Source: Nostoc sp. | Lineage (GTDB): Bacteria; Cyanobacteriota; Cyanobacteriia; Cyanobacteriales; Nostocaceae | DNA: 38,171 nt | Direction of reading: 5' to 3' | Assembly (NCBI GenBank): GCA_036918135.1 | Contig: JBALDB010000068.1 | Location: 1 to 38,171 of the forward strand | In this document: in pieces, positions 1 to 8,850 of the stretch | Position numbering within the stretch: the first letter of the stretch is position 1 | Layout: each line of letters opens with the position of its first letter | Notes under the pieces: model-generated | What the model was told of the DNA's origin: nothing | The model's database searches: none | What the model saw: the letters and a program-made list of their open reading frames with translations, nothing else | Position numbers and translations under genes: made by a program

Positions 1-270
1 GTTTTCTTGGGGTGTTAGAAGTACAGCACTCGGCTGGGGTGGAGTTTTTGGGGACGAGTCGTTGCTAAGGACAGAAATTGGCTCAGTGGTGTTTTCTTGG
101 GGTGTTAGAAGTACAGCACTCGGCTGGGGTGGAGTTTTTGGGGACGAGTCGTTGCTAAGGACAGAAATTGGCTCAGTGGTGTTTTTCTGCGGTGTTAGAA
201 GTACAGCACTCGGCTGGGGTGGAGTTTTTGGGGACGAGTCGTTGCTGAGGACAGAAGTTGGCTCAGGGGT
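1..270 (-). repeat. 90-bp tandem repeat (at least 3 copies) in the SepJ linker, 30 aa unit DSSPKTPPQPSAVLLTPQENTTEPISVLSN
   Basis: 1-90 and 91-180 are identical; 181-270 has a few substitutions. Confidence 0.97.
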
Positions 271-987
271 ATTTCTGACTACTTCACCTAACTGGGGGGA
301 TGTCTCCAAAAAAGTGTTCTTTTCTGGCTCCTTGGGTTGCAAAACAGTAGGTGTACCTGTTGTTGATGCTTTGCGAGAACTTTCTTCTATAGTTTTTTCT
401 AGTCGTCCATGCAAGCGATTGACAAACTCTGTCAAAATTGCTTCCCCTTGCTGCTGTTGGCTGTACATCCGTGACAGCTGTTGGGAAAGATTGCTTTGAT
501 AATTTTTTAATTCTTGTTGCAGGGAATTAAAAGTGATAGTAACGGTGTCATCGAGACTGTCAAACATGTGTTCGACTTTTTCATTGATTTCACTGACTGC
601 ATTGCTGCTCACCTCAGCAGATTTCAGTGCAGCTTGTTCGTAAGATTTGCCCTCTATGTTTTGCGTAGCTAAATTTGCCAGAGAGGATTGCAGTTGCGAA
701 GATATATGCTTTGCCAGAACTTCTGCCAATTGACGAATTAATACTTGTTGCTCAGTAATTTGCCGCACCTGTTGCAAATGCTCTTTTTCATCTAGCAAGC
801 TTTGAATGTCGTCAGATAACCGATTTTTTTCTGCTTGAAGCCGCTTGATGTCTTCTTGCAATGTTCTGAGGACATTCTGCTGGAGATTTTCTAAGTCCTC
901 AACTACAGCCCAGAGAGCATTTTCTGCTGCTCTGGAGAGTTCGCCTCTGACTCGCGGGTTTTCTGGTTGCTTCTCGAATCGCCCCAT
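1..987 (-). CDS. sepJ: SepJ (FraG) septal protein, N-terminal coiled-coil and Pro/Ser-rich linker; runs off the left edge
   Basis: ATG at 987. Manual translation MGRFEKQPENPRVRGELSRAAENALWAVVEDLENLQQNVLRTLQEDIKRLQAEK...FNSLQQELKNYQSNLSQQLSRMYSQQQQGE matches the SepJ N-terminus I recall from Nostoc PCC 7120. The frame stays open to position 1. Confidence 0.93.
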   Translation of the reverse strand, partial: MGRFEKQPENPRVRGELSRAAENALWAVVEDLENLQQNVLRTLQEDIKRLQAEKNRLSDDIQSLLDEKEHLQQVRQITEQQVLIRQLAEVLAKHISSQLQSSLANLATQNIEGKSYEQAALKSAEVSSNAVSEINEKVEHMFDSLDDTVTITFNSLQQELKNYQSNLSQQLSRMYSQQQQGEAILTEFVNRLHGRLEKTIEESSRKASTTGTPTVLQPKEPEKNTFLETSPQLGEVVRNTPEPTSVLSNDSSPKTPPQPSAVLLTPQKNTTEPISVLSNDSSPKTPPQPSAVLLTPQENTTEPISVLSNDSSPKTPPQPSAVLLTPQEN

Positions 988-1596
988 TAGCTTTTAACCT
1001 CTAACACCTTGACAATAAAGCTGCTTCTCGTAGACTTGATTGGCAATCATACTGATTTCCTGTATTTTGTCAGATAGAGAAAAAATGCTATTACAGCACT
1101 TCCGCATTTCAACGTAATTTTGTCATGCTGGACACAAGGTTAGCAAAACATTATCACTTTAGGAAATTTAAAATTTATTCTCAAGACTTGAGCCACTGCA
1201 TTGCTCTGGTTAAGAGAGTTAAAGCAAGTAGCGTCTGATGGTCGAAAACCGACCTCAGGTTTTTTAATAAATTCACGCATTACAATTGTGTAAGTCCTAT
1301 ACCTGCTGTTTTAGTGGCAATAGTATTATCAAAGACTCACAAGTGAGTGCCTGATCGCCACAAATTTGTCTGACTTGCGAAACTAGCTGTAAATTCCTGT
1401 GGAATGTAACTTCAGTGACAGTTTACATCTCTAATAGAGATTAAAGTATCTTTCTGTGGAAATTCTAAGTTATGCTATCCCCTGCACAACATTCTAATAA
1501 ATGAGCAGCAATTCTGCAAAAACACGCTTTTTTAAAGTTGTTGCAGTCTAGGTTTTACAGCGAGTAAACGGAAAAATTAAGAAAATATAATAATTT

Positions 1597-2898
1597 TTAG
1601 AGAAACAAAATCCGAGCGATGCTAAAGATAGCAGCGCTAAGGACAGCACTAACAGGGATTGTAATTAGCCATGCACCGGCAATACCTTGTAAAGTTTTGA
1701 ACTTAATCGATTTAATATTTTGCACCAATCCAATACCCACTACACCACCGACAAGCGCGTGGGAGGTGGAGACGGGCAAACCTAGCCGCGAGGCAATCAA
1801 GATGGTGGTAGCAGTAGCGAGTTCCGCACAAAATCCACTACTAGGTTGCAAGGAAATGATGTTTTCGCCAATGGTAGCGATGACTTTTTTACCCCAGACA
1901 GCTAAACCCCCGACAATACCAGCACCGCCAAGGATTAAAATCCAGATAGGGATAGTGATACCATCAACGGGTACGCTACCAGTGGTATTAATATAGACGA
2001 TCGCAGCTAAAGGAGCGATCGCATTTCCCACATCATTAGAACCATGAGCAAAAGCAACAAAGCAAGCACTTAGCAGTTGGAATCGAGCAAATAGTTTTTC
2101 GAGGGGAGTGTTGAGTGAGGAATTATTATTCGCTCCTGTATCCCCCTGCCTCCTGTTTCTCTGCCCTTCATCTCCCGTCTGTTCTATTTGTCGCCAACTA
2201 ACAATTGTCAGTCCAACTGCTGCTACAGCACCGGTTAACAATGGAATGTCATAATCGGGTAGGTTGAACCCAACTTGCTCAATTAAAAAATTTGTTAGAG
2301 GTTGAGTTAGCGAGGGTAAAACAATCACACCAAATATTCCCAGTAGTACGGTACTCAACCAGGGAATCCATTCTTGTAACTGCGCTAATTGATTCGGTCG
2401 ATCTAAAATCCAGTGCTTGATTTGACTATAGAATAAAGCTGCGATCGCACCACTGATTACAGGCGTTAAAACCCAGCCAATGGTAATCATCCCAATAGAT
2501 GACCAATCAATTGCGTCTATTCCCAAAGCTACCCAACTAAATCCAGCGATCGCACCAACAACCGCATGAGAAGATGACACTGGTAAACCGCGTGATGTGG
2601 CAATTTGCAACCACACTCCACAAGAAACTAGCACCGTCGCCATCCCCAGAACCAGTATTTCGGGTGTAGCAGCAAATAAGCCGGGATTGGCAATTTTCGT
2701 TGCCAGAGTTTCCGTTACCTGATGTCCAAACAAGACAGCACCCGTAAACTCTAATACCCCAGCAATTATTAGTGCCTGTTTGAGAGTGATAGCTTTGGAA
2801 CCTACAGAGGTTCCCATTGCATTAGCAACATCATTTGCTCCGAGATTCCAAGCGACGTAGAAAGCTAGTAGAGCGACGGAAAGTAGAGTATAGGGCAT
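1597..2898 (-). CDS. PiT-family inorganic phosphate transporter
   Basis: Signature motifs GANDVANAMGT and HGSNDVGNAIAP, LPVSSSH/LPVSTSH, multiple TM helices. Confidence 0.95.
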   Translation of the reverse strand: MPYTLLSVALLAFYVAWNLGANDVANAMGTSVGSKAITLKQALIIAGVLEFTGAVLFGHQVTETLATKIANPGLFAATPEILVLGMATVLVSCGVWLQIATSRGLPVSSSHAVVGAIAGFSWVALGIDAIDWSSIGMITIGWVLTPVISGAIAALFYSQIKHWILDRPNQLAQLQEWIPWLSTVLLGIFGVIVLPSLTQPLTNFLIEQVGFNLPDYDIPLLTGAVAAVGLTIVSWRQIEQTGDEGQRNRRQGDTGANNNSSLNTPLEKLFARFQLLSACFVAFAHGSNDVGNAIAPLAAIVYINTTGSVPVDGITIPIWILILGGAGIVGGLAVWGKKVIATIGENIISLQPSSGFCAELATATTILIASRLGLPVSTSHALVGGVVGIGLVQNIKSIKFKTLQGIAGAWLITIPVSAVLSAAIFSIARILFL

Positions 2899-2976
2899 AT
2901 ATATAGGGATAGGGAGATGAGGAGATGGAGGGATGAGGCGGATGAGCGAGTATTAAGATTAGTAGTTTAAACCTGT

Positions 2977-3123
2977 GAGCTTCATTGTTGAACCTTTAAG
3001 CTTCATCGTTGAACCTTTGAGGTTCATCGTTGAACCTCTGAGCTTCGTCGTTGAACCTTTAAGCTTCGTCGTTGAACCTTTGAGCTTCATTGTTGAACCT
3101 TTAAGCTTCATCGTTGAACCTCA
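2977..3123. repeat. 21-bp tandem repeat x7, consensus RAGCTTCRTYGTTGAACCTTT
   Basis: Seven consecutive units starting at 2977, 2998, 3019, 3040, 3061, 3082 and 3103, with no spacers. Confidence 0.95.
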
Positions 3124-3197
3124 GAACTTTAAACTTTTAGTTTTAACACTTCTTCATCCTCCTTATCTCCGCATCTCCCCATCCCCTCATCTCGCTT

Positions 3198-4244
3198 TTA
3201 CGGATAAATCAAGATTTTATAAGTTTCCGCCGTAGGTGCGACCGCAGCTTCTACAGCTGCTGATAAATCTTTTAATGGATAGCGATCGCTAATTAATGCT
3301 TTCACGTCAATGAGCTGATTAAATACAATATCAGCTGACAAATTCTGAAGCCGGTAAGATGAACTGTAACTGCCCATTAAATCAATTTCTCGACGGTAAA
3401 GAATATTTGGGTTGATGGGAATTTCTACTTCATCAGGAAATTCAGCGAAAAATAAGATTTTACCGCCTTTGCGCGTACAATCAAGTGCTTGAAAGAAAGC
3501 TTTATCACTAGGGACAGCCAACAGGGTTACATCAACACCTAGTCCACCAGTCAAGGCATGAATTTTTGTAGCTAAATCGGCGTCACGAGCATCAAAAGCC
3601 GCTTGTGCACCCACATGCAAGGCTTTTTCAATTCTAGAAGGTAGTAAATCCGTGGCGATCGCTTTTGCTCCGAAATACTTCACCAACATGATGAACATTA
3701 ATCCAATTGGCCCAGCACCCGTGACTAAGACAGTTTGTCCTGGAGCAATTTGAGCTTTTTTCACTGCTTTCAAGCAGCAGTTAGTCGGTTCAACAAAACT
3801 TGCTTCTTCAAAACTGATATTGTCGGGGATAGAAATTAACCCCCCGTTTTGGACAATATGTCCGGGTACTTTGACATAATCGGCGAAACCGCCGCCACTA
3901 GCGTTAAAGCCTGCGGTTGTTGAAATATTTTTGTAGACATTACACATGGAGAAATTATCATTTAGGCAATAGGCACAATGCATACAAGGAATGTGGTGCA
4001 TTACTGCTACCCGTTGTCCAACTTGCCAACCTTTAACATCATTGCCTATTGCTGCGATCGTACCGGCAGTTTCATGTCCAAAAATGCGCGGCGGTTCATA
4101 AAGTGGATAACGAATTTTTTTTATATCTGACTGACATAACCCCACAACCCGTACCTGTACCAGCACTTCATCTGGTTCCAGACTTGGAACTGGGATATCT
4201 TCGTAAGACAGTTGATTAACGCCTCTAAATACCTGTGCTTTCAC
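3198..4244 (-). CDS. Zn-dependent alcohol/sorbitol dehydrogenase (MDR family)
   Basis: GLCQSD, GHE, CxxCxxCx7C structural Zn site, GAGPIG NAD motif; GTG start. Confidence 0.93.
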   Translation of the reverse strand: MKAQVFRGVNQLSYEDIPVPSLEPDEVLVQVRVVGLCQSDIKKIRYPLYEPPRIFGHETAGTIAAIGNDVKGWQVGQRVAVMHHIPCMHCAYCLNDNFSMCNVYKNISTTAGFNASGGGFADYVKVPGHIVQNGGLISIPDNISFEEASFVEPTNCCLKAVKKAQIAPGQTVLVTGAGPIGLMFIMLVKYFGAKAIATDLLPSRIEKALHVGAQAAFDARDADLATKIHALTGGLGVDVTLLAVPSDKAFFQALDCTRKGGKILFFAEFPDEVEIPINPNILYRREIDLMGSYSSSYRLQNLSADIVFNQLIDVKALISDRYPLKDLSAAVEAAVAPTAETYKILIYP

Positions 4245-4539
4245 GTTGGTTTTTCACCGCTCAACGATATTAGATGTAACATTAGTGGTCAACATTAAGC
4301 TATATCAAAGCCAATACTACTGACGAATTTTAACCAGAAACCGTATTTAAGAACTAACAATAATATTTGCAATAATTTTGCTAATGTTGTAAGCTTTTCT
4401 CAAACATATTGAATATTTTTCTCAATAATTTTTACATAGTGGTTACTCTAGCTGTATCAATATAACAACTTGTAATTATTAGTTACAAAAATTCTTAATT
4501 AATAAATTGAGAGTTTATTCTATTTACAGGAAAATCAGG

Positions 4540-5271
4540 ATGTCTAGACTGCCGGATGTTCTTTGGTTAAATACAAGCCCTAGTTTGCAATACTTTGCTC
4601 AACCGCTGCTTTGTTACCTGTCAAATTTAGTGACAATCCAAGAATGGAAATATTGTCAAAGCCAAGACCGAGTAAGTTCGCTAGATGCTGCTGTTGGTCT
4701 ACTTCATGACCACCTCAAATCTTCCAATCGACCTGTTCACCTGATTGGTCATAGTACAGGAGGATTACTAGGGTTACTCTATAGCCGTCGCTATCCAGAA
4801 AAAGTTAAGTCTTTGACGCTATTAGCCGTCGGTGTTGATGCAGCGCTTGATTGGCAAGCTCATTACTATATTCACCGTCAGTTTTTAAGTCGGCAAAAGC
4901 TTTTGACTGATATGGTTTACAACTTGTTTGGTTATCAAGATCGATGGACTCTCCAGAGTCTGACACATCTTTTGGAGGAAGATTTAGATTGTTCGCTCTC
5001 TCCCCATTCTCTGTTTGAGAGGGTGAGTATAACTGCAAACAGAGTTTCAGTACCTTTGATGGTTTGTGGTAGCTTAAACGATATTGTTGTCCAACCTGAT
5101 GCAGTGCAAGGATGGCGACTGTATTTAAAGGAAGGCGATCGCCTTTGGTATTGTTTAGAAGGATGGCATTTCTTTCACTTTTTCCACTACCAGCTTGTAG
5201 CACAACAGTTACTTGATTTCTGGAAGTTTATACGTATGTCAGATTCGCTGTATTCCTGTTTGCGACTTTAG
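4540..5271 (+). CDS. Alpha/beta hydrolase
   Basis: GHSTGG nucleophile elbow, D(IVV) and H(FF) completing a plausible triad. ATG at 4540 preferred over the upstream TTG at 4507. Confidence 0.85.
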   Translation: MSRLPDVLWLNTSPSLQYFAQPLLCYLSNLVTIQEWKYCQSQDRVSSLDAAVGLLHDHLKSSNRPVHLIGHSTGGLLGLLYSRRYPEKVKSLTLLAVGVDAALDWQAHYYIHRQFLSRQKLLTDMVYNLFGYQDRWTLQSLTHLLEEDLDCSLSPHSLFERVSITANRVSVPLMVCGSLNDIVVQPDAVQGWRLYLKEGDRLWYCLEGWHFFHFFHYQLVAQQLLDFWKFIRMSDSLYSCLRL

Positions 5272-5370
5272 GTAGAAATATAATGATAATACATCTCAAG
5301 AATGATTCATTGGGCAAAACAATTGTGAGAGCTTAATTATGTCCTAAATTTATTTGAGGCAAGTCTACAA

Positions 5371-5949
5371 ATGGTTGTAGCTTTAGATGATACCAAGCGT
5401 AGCGCGATCGCTACAGAGCTAGCAGATTTGAAAGCTATACAAGAGTTGCTAATTGCCAACGAAAAAAAAGTAATACCTGCTGTCAGCAACGACCGAGAAA
5501 TTAGCCAACGCCTAAATGACTTTCTCAAAGATGACCAAGAAAACCTCACAGTAATCGAGGGAGTTATTTCCAAATTTGGTGGTGGTTCAGCCCAGCCTAG
5601 AGACACCATACAGCAGTACATCGAGCAAGTGAACCGGATAATAGATGGGGATGAGCTGACAATATACCAAAAGTTTTCTATTCACGAAAGGATTAAGCAC
5701 CAAGCCGTAATGACTGGTTTAATTATCCATAAAGCTTCTCAGGTAGTAGGTGATGACGTAAAAGAAGCTATCGGGCCGCTCAATCAAGTGAACTTTGAAA
5801 ATCGCGCTCATCAAGAACAGTTGAAAGGTGTGTTAGAAGTTTTGGGTACAAGAGAACTTACAGGTCAAGACCCAGATCAAGGAGTTTGGGCACGGACTCA
5901 AGATGCTGTTGCAGCTTTAAGGGGTGTATTTGAGGGTTTGACAAAGTAA
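5371..5949 (+). CDS. Helical protein resembling the N-terminal domain of cyanobacterial hemerythrin/HHE DNA-nickase proteins
   Basis: MVVALDDTKRSAIA, HKASQVVG, NFENRAHQEQLKG and QGVWARTQDAVAAL motifs; RBS GAGG upstream; no C-terminal hemerythrin domain. Confidence 0.7.
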   Translation: MVVALDDTKRSAIATELADLKAIQELLIANEKKVIPAVSNDREISQRLNDFLKDDQENLTVIEGVISKFGGGSAQPRDTIQQYIEQVNRIIDGDELTIYQKFSIHERIKHQAVMTGLIIHKASQVVGDDVKEAIGPLNQVNFENRAHQEQLKGVLEVLGTRELTGQDPDQGVWARTQDAVAALRGVFEGLTK

Positions 5950-6038
5950 ATATAACTCGATACCAGCTTGAGTTCTAATTGGTAAGTGCCAATTGATAAA
6001 TAATCCTAATAATCTCTTTTGATTTCAGGAATCCGATC

Positions 6039-6087
6039 GCGATCGCACTCAGTTTGAGATAAAAACTGTCAGGCGATCGCTTTTTTT
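6039..6087 (+). terminator. Putative intrinsic terminator with HIP1-closed stem
   Basis: GCGATCGC(6039-6046)...CAGTTT/AAACTG...GCGATCGC(6073-6080) followed by T7. Confidence 0.55.
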
Positions 6088-6122
6088 ATGAAAATACATC
6101 GGAAACTCAAAGAGGTTAAAAG

Positions 6123-7964
6123 ATGGTTTATCAGACATATACAGCTGATGTCTTAGTTGTCGGTGGCGGAACCGGAGGTACTGCGGCTGCTATCCAAGCA
6201 GCGCGACGGGGAGCCAAAACTATTTTGGTGAGCGAGTTTTCTTGGTTAGGGGGAATGCTGACTTCCGCTGGAGTGTCTGCACCTGATGGCAATGAATTAG
6301 AAGCCTTTCAAACTGGATTATGGGGTGCATTTTTGCAAGAATTGCGACATCGACAACCAGGCGGATTAGATAACTGTTGGGTAAGCTTTTTTAGTTACGA
6401 TCCCCGGATTGGGGCTGAGATTTTTGCTAATTGGGTGCAGGAATTGCCGAATCTGCACTGGATTTGGGGACAAGTGCCTTTAGAGGCTTTCCGGCAAAGT
6501 GATTCTATTACTGGTGTCCGCTTTGCAGATTTTACTGTTACAGCCAAGATTATTCTCGACGCCACAGAATTAGGAGATTTATTGGCTTTAGCTGAAATAC
6601 CCTACCGCTGGGGGTGGGAATTGCAATCTGAGTGGGGAGAACCCAGCGCTCCAGTGAGGTTTAACTCGTTAACCAAGAGATATCCGGTGCAAGCGCCTAC
6701 TTATGTGGTGATTATGCAAGACTTTGGTGAAGCCGTTGCCCCAGAAATTCCACCTGCTCCTGGCGAAAATCCATCGCAATTTCTAGGTGCTTGGGATAGT
6801 TATGGAGTGGAGACATTTTTAAATTATGGACGTTTGCCTGGCGATCGATTCATGATTAACTGGCCAATCTGTGGCAATGACTACGGTCAAGAGGTAGGGC
6901 GGCTGATAGAGTCAGAGGCAACCAGAGGTGAATTTATCGAAGAATCACGCTGGCACAGTCAAAATTTTGCCCGTTTTATTCAAAATCAACTTGGTCGTCG
7001 CTATGGTTTAGCAAAACAAATATTTCCTCACACTCATACAGCTTTTGCACTGCATCCTTATTACCGCGAAAGCCGCCGTTTAGTGGGGCTAACTACTGTG
7101 CGAGAACAGGATATTTTGCCAATTGCTGGAGGTAGAGTTGCATCTATATATAATGATGCGTTCGCCCTACAGCCCTTCAAGCATCCTATAGCAGGCGTTT
7201 GCGTTCCCAAAGCGTCTCCAACAGGAGAAGCAATCGCTGTTGGTAATTACGCCAATGACCATCATTATCCTGGTGTTCAATTTCCACTACAACTAAAATC
7301 TATCCGTTGGGGAGGACGCTGGACTGGGACTGCCTTTACAATTCCCTACAGTTGTTTAATTCCGGCCACAACAGATGGTTTGTTGGTTTGTGAAAAGAAT
7401 ATTTCTGTCTCCCACATTGCTAATGGCGCAACTAGATTACAACCCGTGGTTATGGGCATTGGTCAAGCAGCGGGAATGGCAGCAGCGATGTGTGTTGAGT
7501 TCAACTGCCAACCGAGAGATTTACCTGTCAGAGAGCTACAACTAGCTTTGCTACAAGACGATCGCGCAAGAGCAATAATCGTACCTTTTTTTAATCTGCC
7601 GCCTAATCATTCGGATTGGCTGCACCAGCAACTGTATTACTTAGATAACCCATTAGCCTATCCAGCTAGTGGTGATTGCCCTTGGCCGTCCACAGATAAG
7701 TACTCTGATTCTACTTTTGACAAGGTATTAATTCCAGAAAATAAATGTTTTCAAGGCATTTTCTACCGCTTGGCTCAGCAGGAATACAGATTCACTGTCA
7801 CTGCACCAGCGGCATATCAAGGTCAAAATTGGCAGCTTGTGACTTTGCAATCGCATATTAACGAGCAGTTACACGCTTATCCCCACGAAAAATTAGTTAC
7901 AGTGTGGGGTCGTCAGAATCACTTCAGTAATTGGTTATTAGTCGAACATCTGGACGGAGGATAA
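6123..7964 (+). CDS. FAD-dependent oxidoreductase
   Basis: N-terminal DVLVVGGGTGGTAAAIQAAR FAD motif, DATELGD, PYYRESRRL, ATRLQP motifs; family typically found upstream of patX. Confidence 0.92.
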   Translation: MVYQTYTADVLVVGGGTGGTAAAIQAARRGAKTILVSEFSWLGGMLTSAGVSAPDGNELEAFQTGLWGAFLQELRHRQPGGLDNCWVSFFSYDPRIGAEIFANWVQELPNLHWIWGQVPLEAFRQSDSITGVRFADFTVTAKIILDATELGDLLALAEIPYRWGWELQSEWGEPSAPVRFNSLTKRYPVQAPTYVVIMQDFGEAVAPEIPPAPGENPSQFLGAWDSYGVETFLNYGRLPGDRFMINWPICGNDYGQEVGRLIESEATRGEFIEESRWHSQNFARFIQNQLGRRYGLAKQIFPHTHTAFALHPYYRESRRLVGLTTVREQDILPIAGGRVASIYNDAFALQPFKHPIAGVCVPKASPTGEAIAVGNYANDHHYPGVQFPLQLKSIRWGGRWTGTAFTIPYSCLIPATTDGLLVCEKNISVSHIANGATRLQPVVMGIGQAAGMAAAMCVEFNCQPRDLPVRELQLALLQDDRARAIIVPFFNLPPNHSDWLHQQLYYLDNPLAYPASGDCPWPSTDKYSDSTFDKVLIPENKCFQGIFYRLAQQEYRFTVTAPAAYQGQNWQLVTLQSHINEQLHAYPHEKLVTVWGRQNHFSNWLLVEHLDGG

Positions 7965-7980
7965 CAAGAGTTTATTTTCA

Positions 7981-7994
7981 GTAAAACACAATAC
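7981..7994 (+). promoter_or_regulatory. NtcA box upstream of patX
   Basis: GTA-AAACACAA-TAC (GTA-N8-TAC). Confidence 0.7.
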
Positions 7995-8008
7995 TTTTTG
8001 ACGAATTG

Positions 8009-8014
8009 TCCGGA
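8009..8014 (+). promoter_or_regulatory. DIF1 motif (TCCGGA), -35 element of a heterocyst-specific promoter
   Basis: TCCGGA about 60 bp upstream of the patX ATG, with GTA 18 nt downstream (8033). Confidence 0.75.
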
Positions 8015-8071
8015 TATTCCTAAAAAAGCTAAGTATCAGTGAAGTGGAGAGTTCCAAAATAGACATCTGCT

Positions 8072-8386
8072 ATGCGTGCTGCCATTTCACTTTTAGTTTC
8101 GAGTCTGGTGTTCGGCCCCTTAGCTTCTAACTGCCAAGCAATGGACAATCACTTACCCAACAGAAAGTCTGTAGATGATTCTGCGGCTTTTCCCAAGCTA
8201 CGCCGACTTGCGGCAATACCAAGGGCGAATAGAACTTTCCAAGAGAATCGGCTGCTTTCGATGCCTACTTGGCAGCAGTTGCTCTTGGCATCTGAACAAA
8301 ATGCAGATGATGCCCCACGTCATCGTGGTAGTGGACGCAGAGAAGTGATGCAAAAATTCACCGAAAATTTCTATGCTGTTGTTTAA
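8072..8386 (+). CDS. patX: PatX, RGSGR-containing heterocyst inhibitor precursor
   Basis: Hydrophobic signal-like N-terminus MRAAISLLVSSLVFGPLASNCQA, PRHRGSGRR motif near the C-terminus, position between FAD oxidoreductase and gifA/glnA, near sepJ. Confidence 0.9.
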   Translation: MRAAISLLVSSLVFGPLASNCQAMDNHLPNRKSVDDSAAFPKLRRLAAIPRANRTFQENRLLSMPTWQQLLLASEQNADDAPRHRGSGRREVMQKFTENFYAVV

Positions 8387-8850
8387 CTACTGTGGGACAA
8401 TGGCTATTTTTGCAAAACAAATAGATTTACCGCAAAACAGAATGTTGTGGTAATATTTTTTTCACAGCTTTTCTGGCCGAGATAAATACAGTTATCACAC
8501 AAAAATCTTCAGCGCTCGCTTAGTATTTCAACTGCAATTTTCGTATATATTGTAGTTGGTATAAATCCTGAGAATCAAAAGGCAAATAAATCAACTGGTT
8601 CGCTCAACAGCATCACCAACTCTTCAAAAGCGATACAACTGTCACTCGTCTTCCTGGGAAGCTCTGCGTCTCAATCCTCAATCCAACTGCTTTAGAAACA
8701 GATGTTACTTAGATTATTAATTAATTTAAAACACATCTAATTCGGACATTTTGCTAATTGGGGAAATAGCTTTAAGGCAACTTCTCTTTATTCCCAAATA
8801 GGTTTTCTGATACATTGAGTAGCTAGTACAACAAGGTAAAAGTAAAAAGT

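Noticed and set aside
62..499. 145-aa + strand ORF
   Set aside because: Antisense shadow of the sepJ repeat linker.
2977..3123. CRISPR array
   Set aside because: Units are contiguous with no unique spacers, and there are no cas genes in the window.
2975..3235. (SFIVEPL)n ORF as a real gene
   Set aside because: Open only because the repeat period is a multiple of 3; it opposes both flanking genes and overlaps the dehydrogenase 3' end.
4472..4486. NtcA box upstream of the hydrolase
   Set aside because: GTA-N9-TAC; the spacing is off by one.
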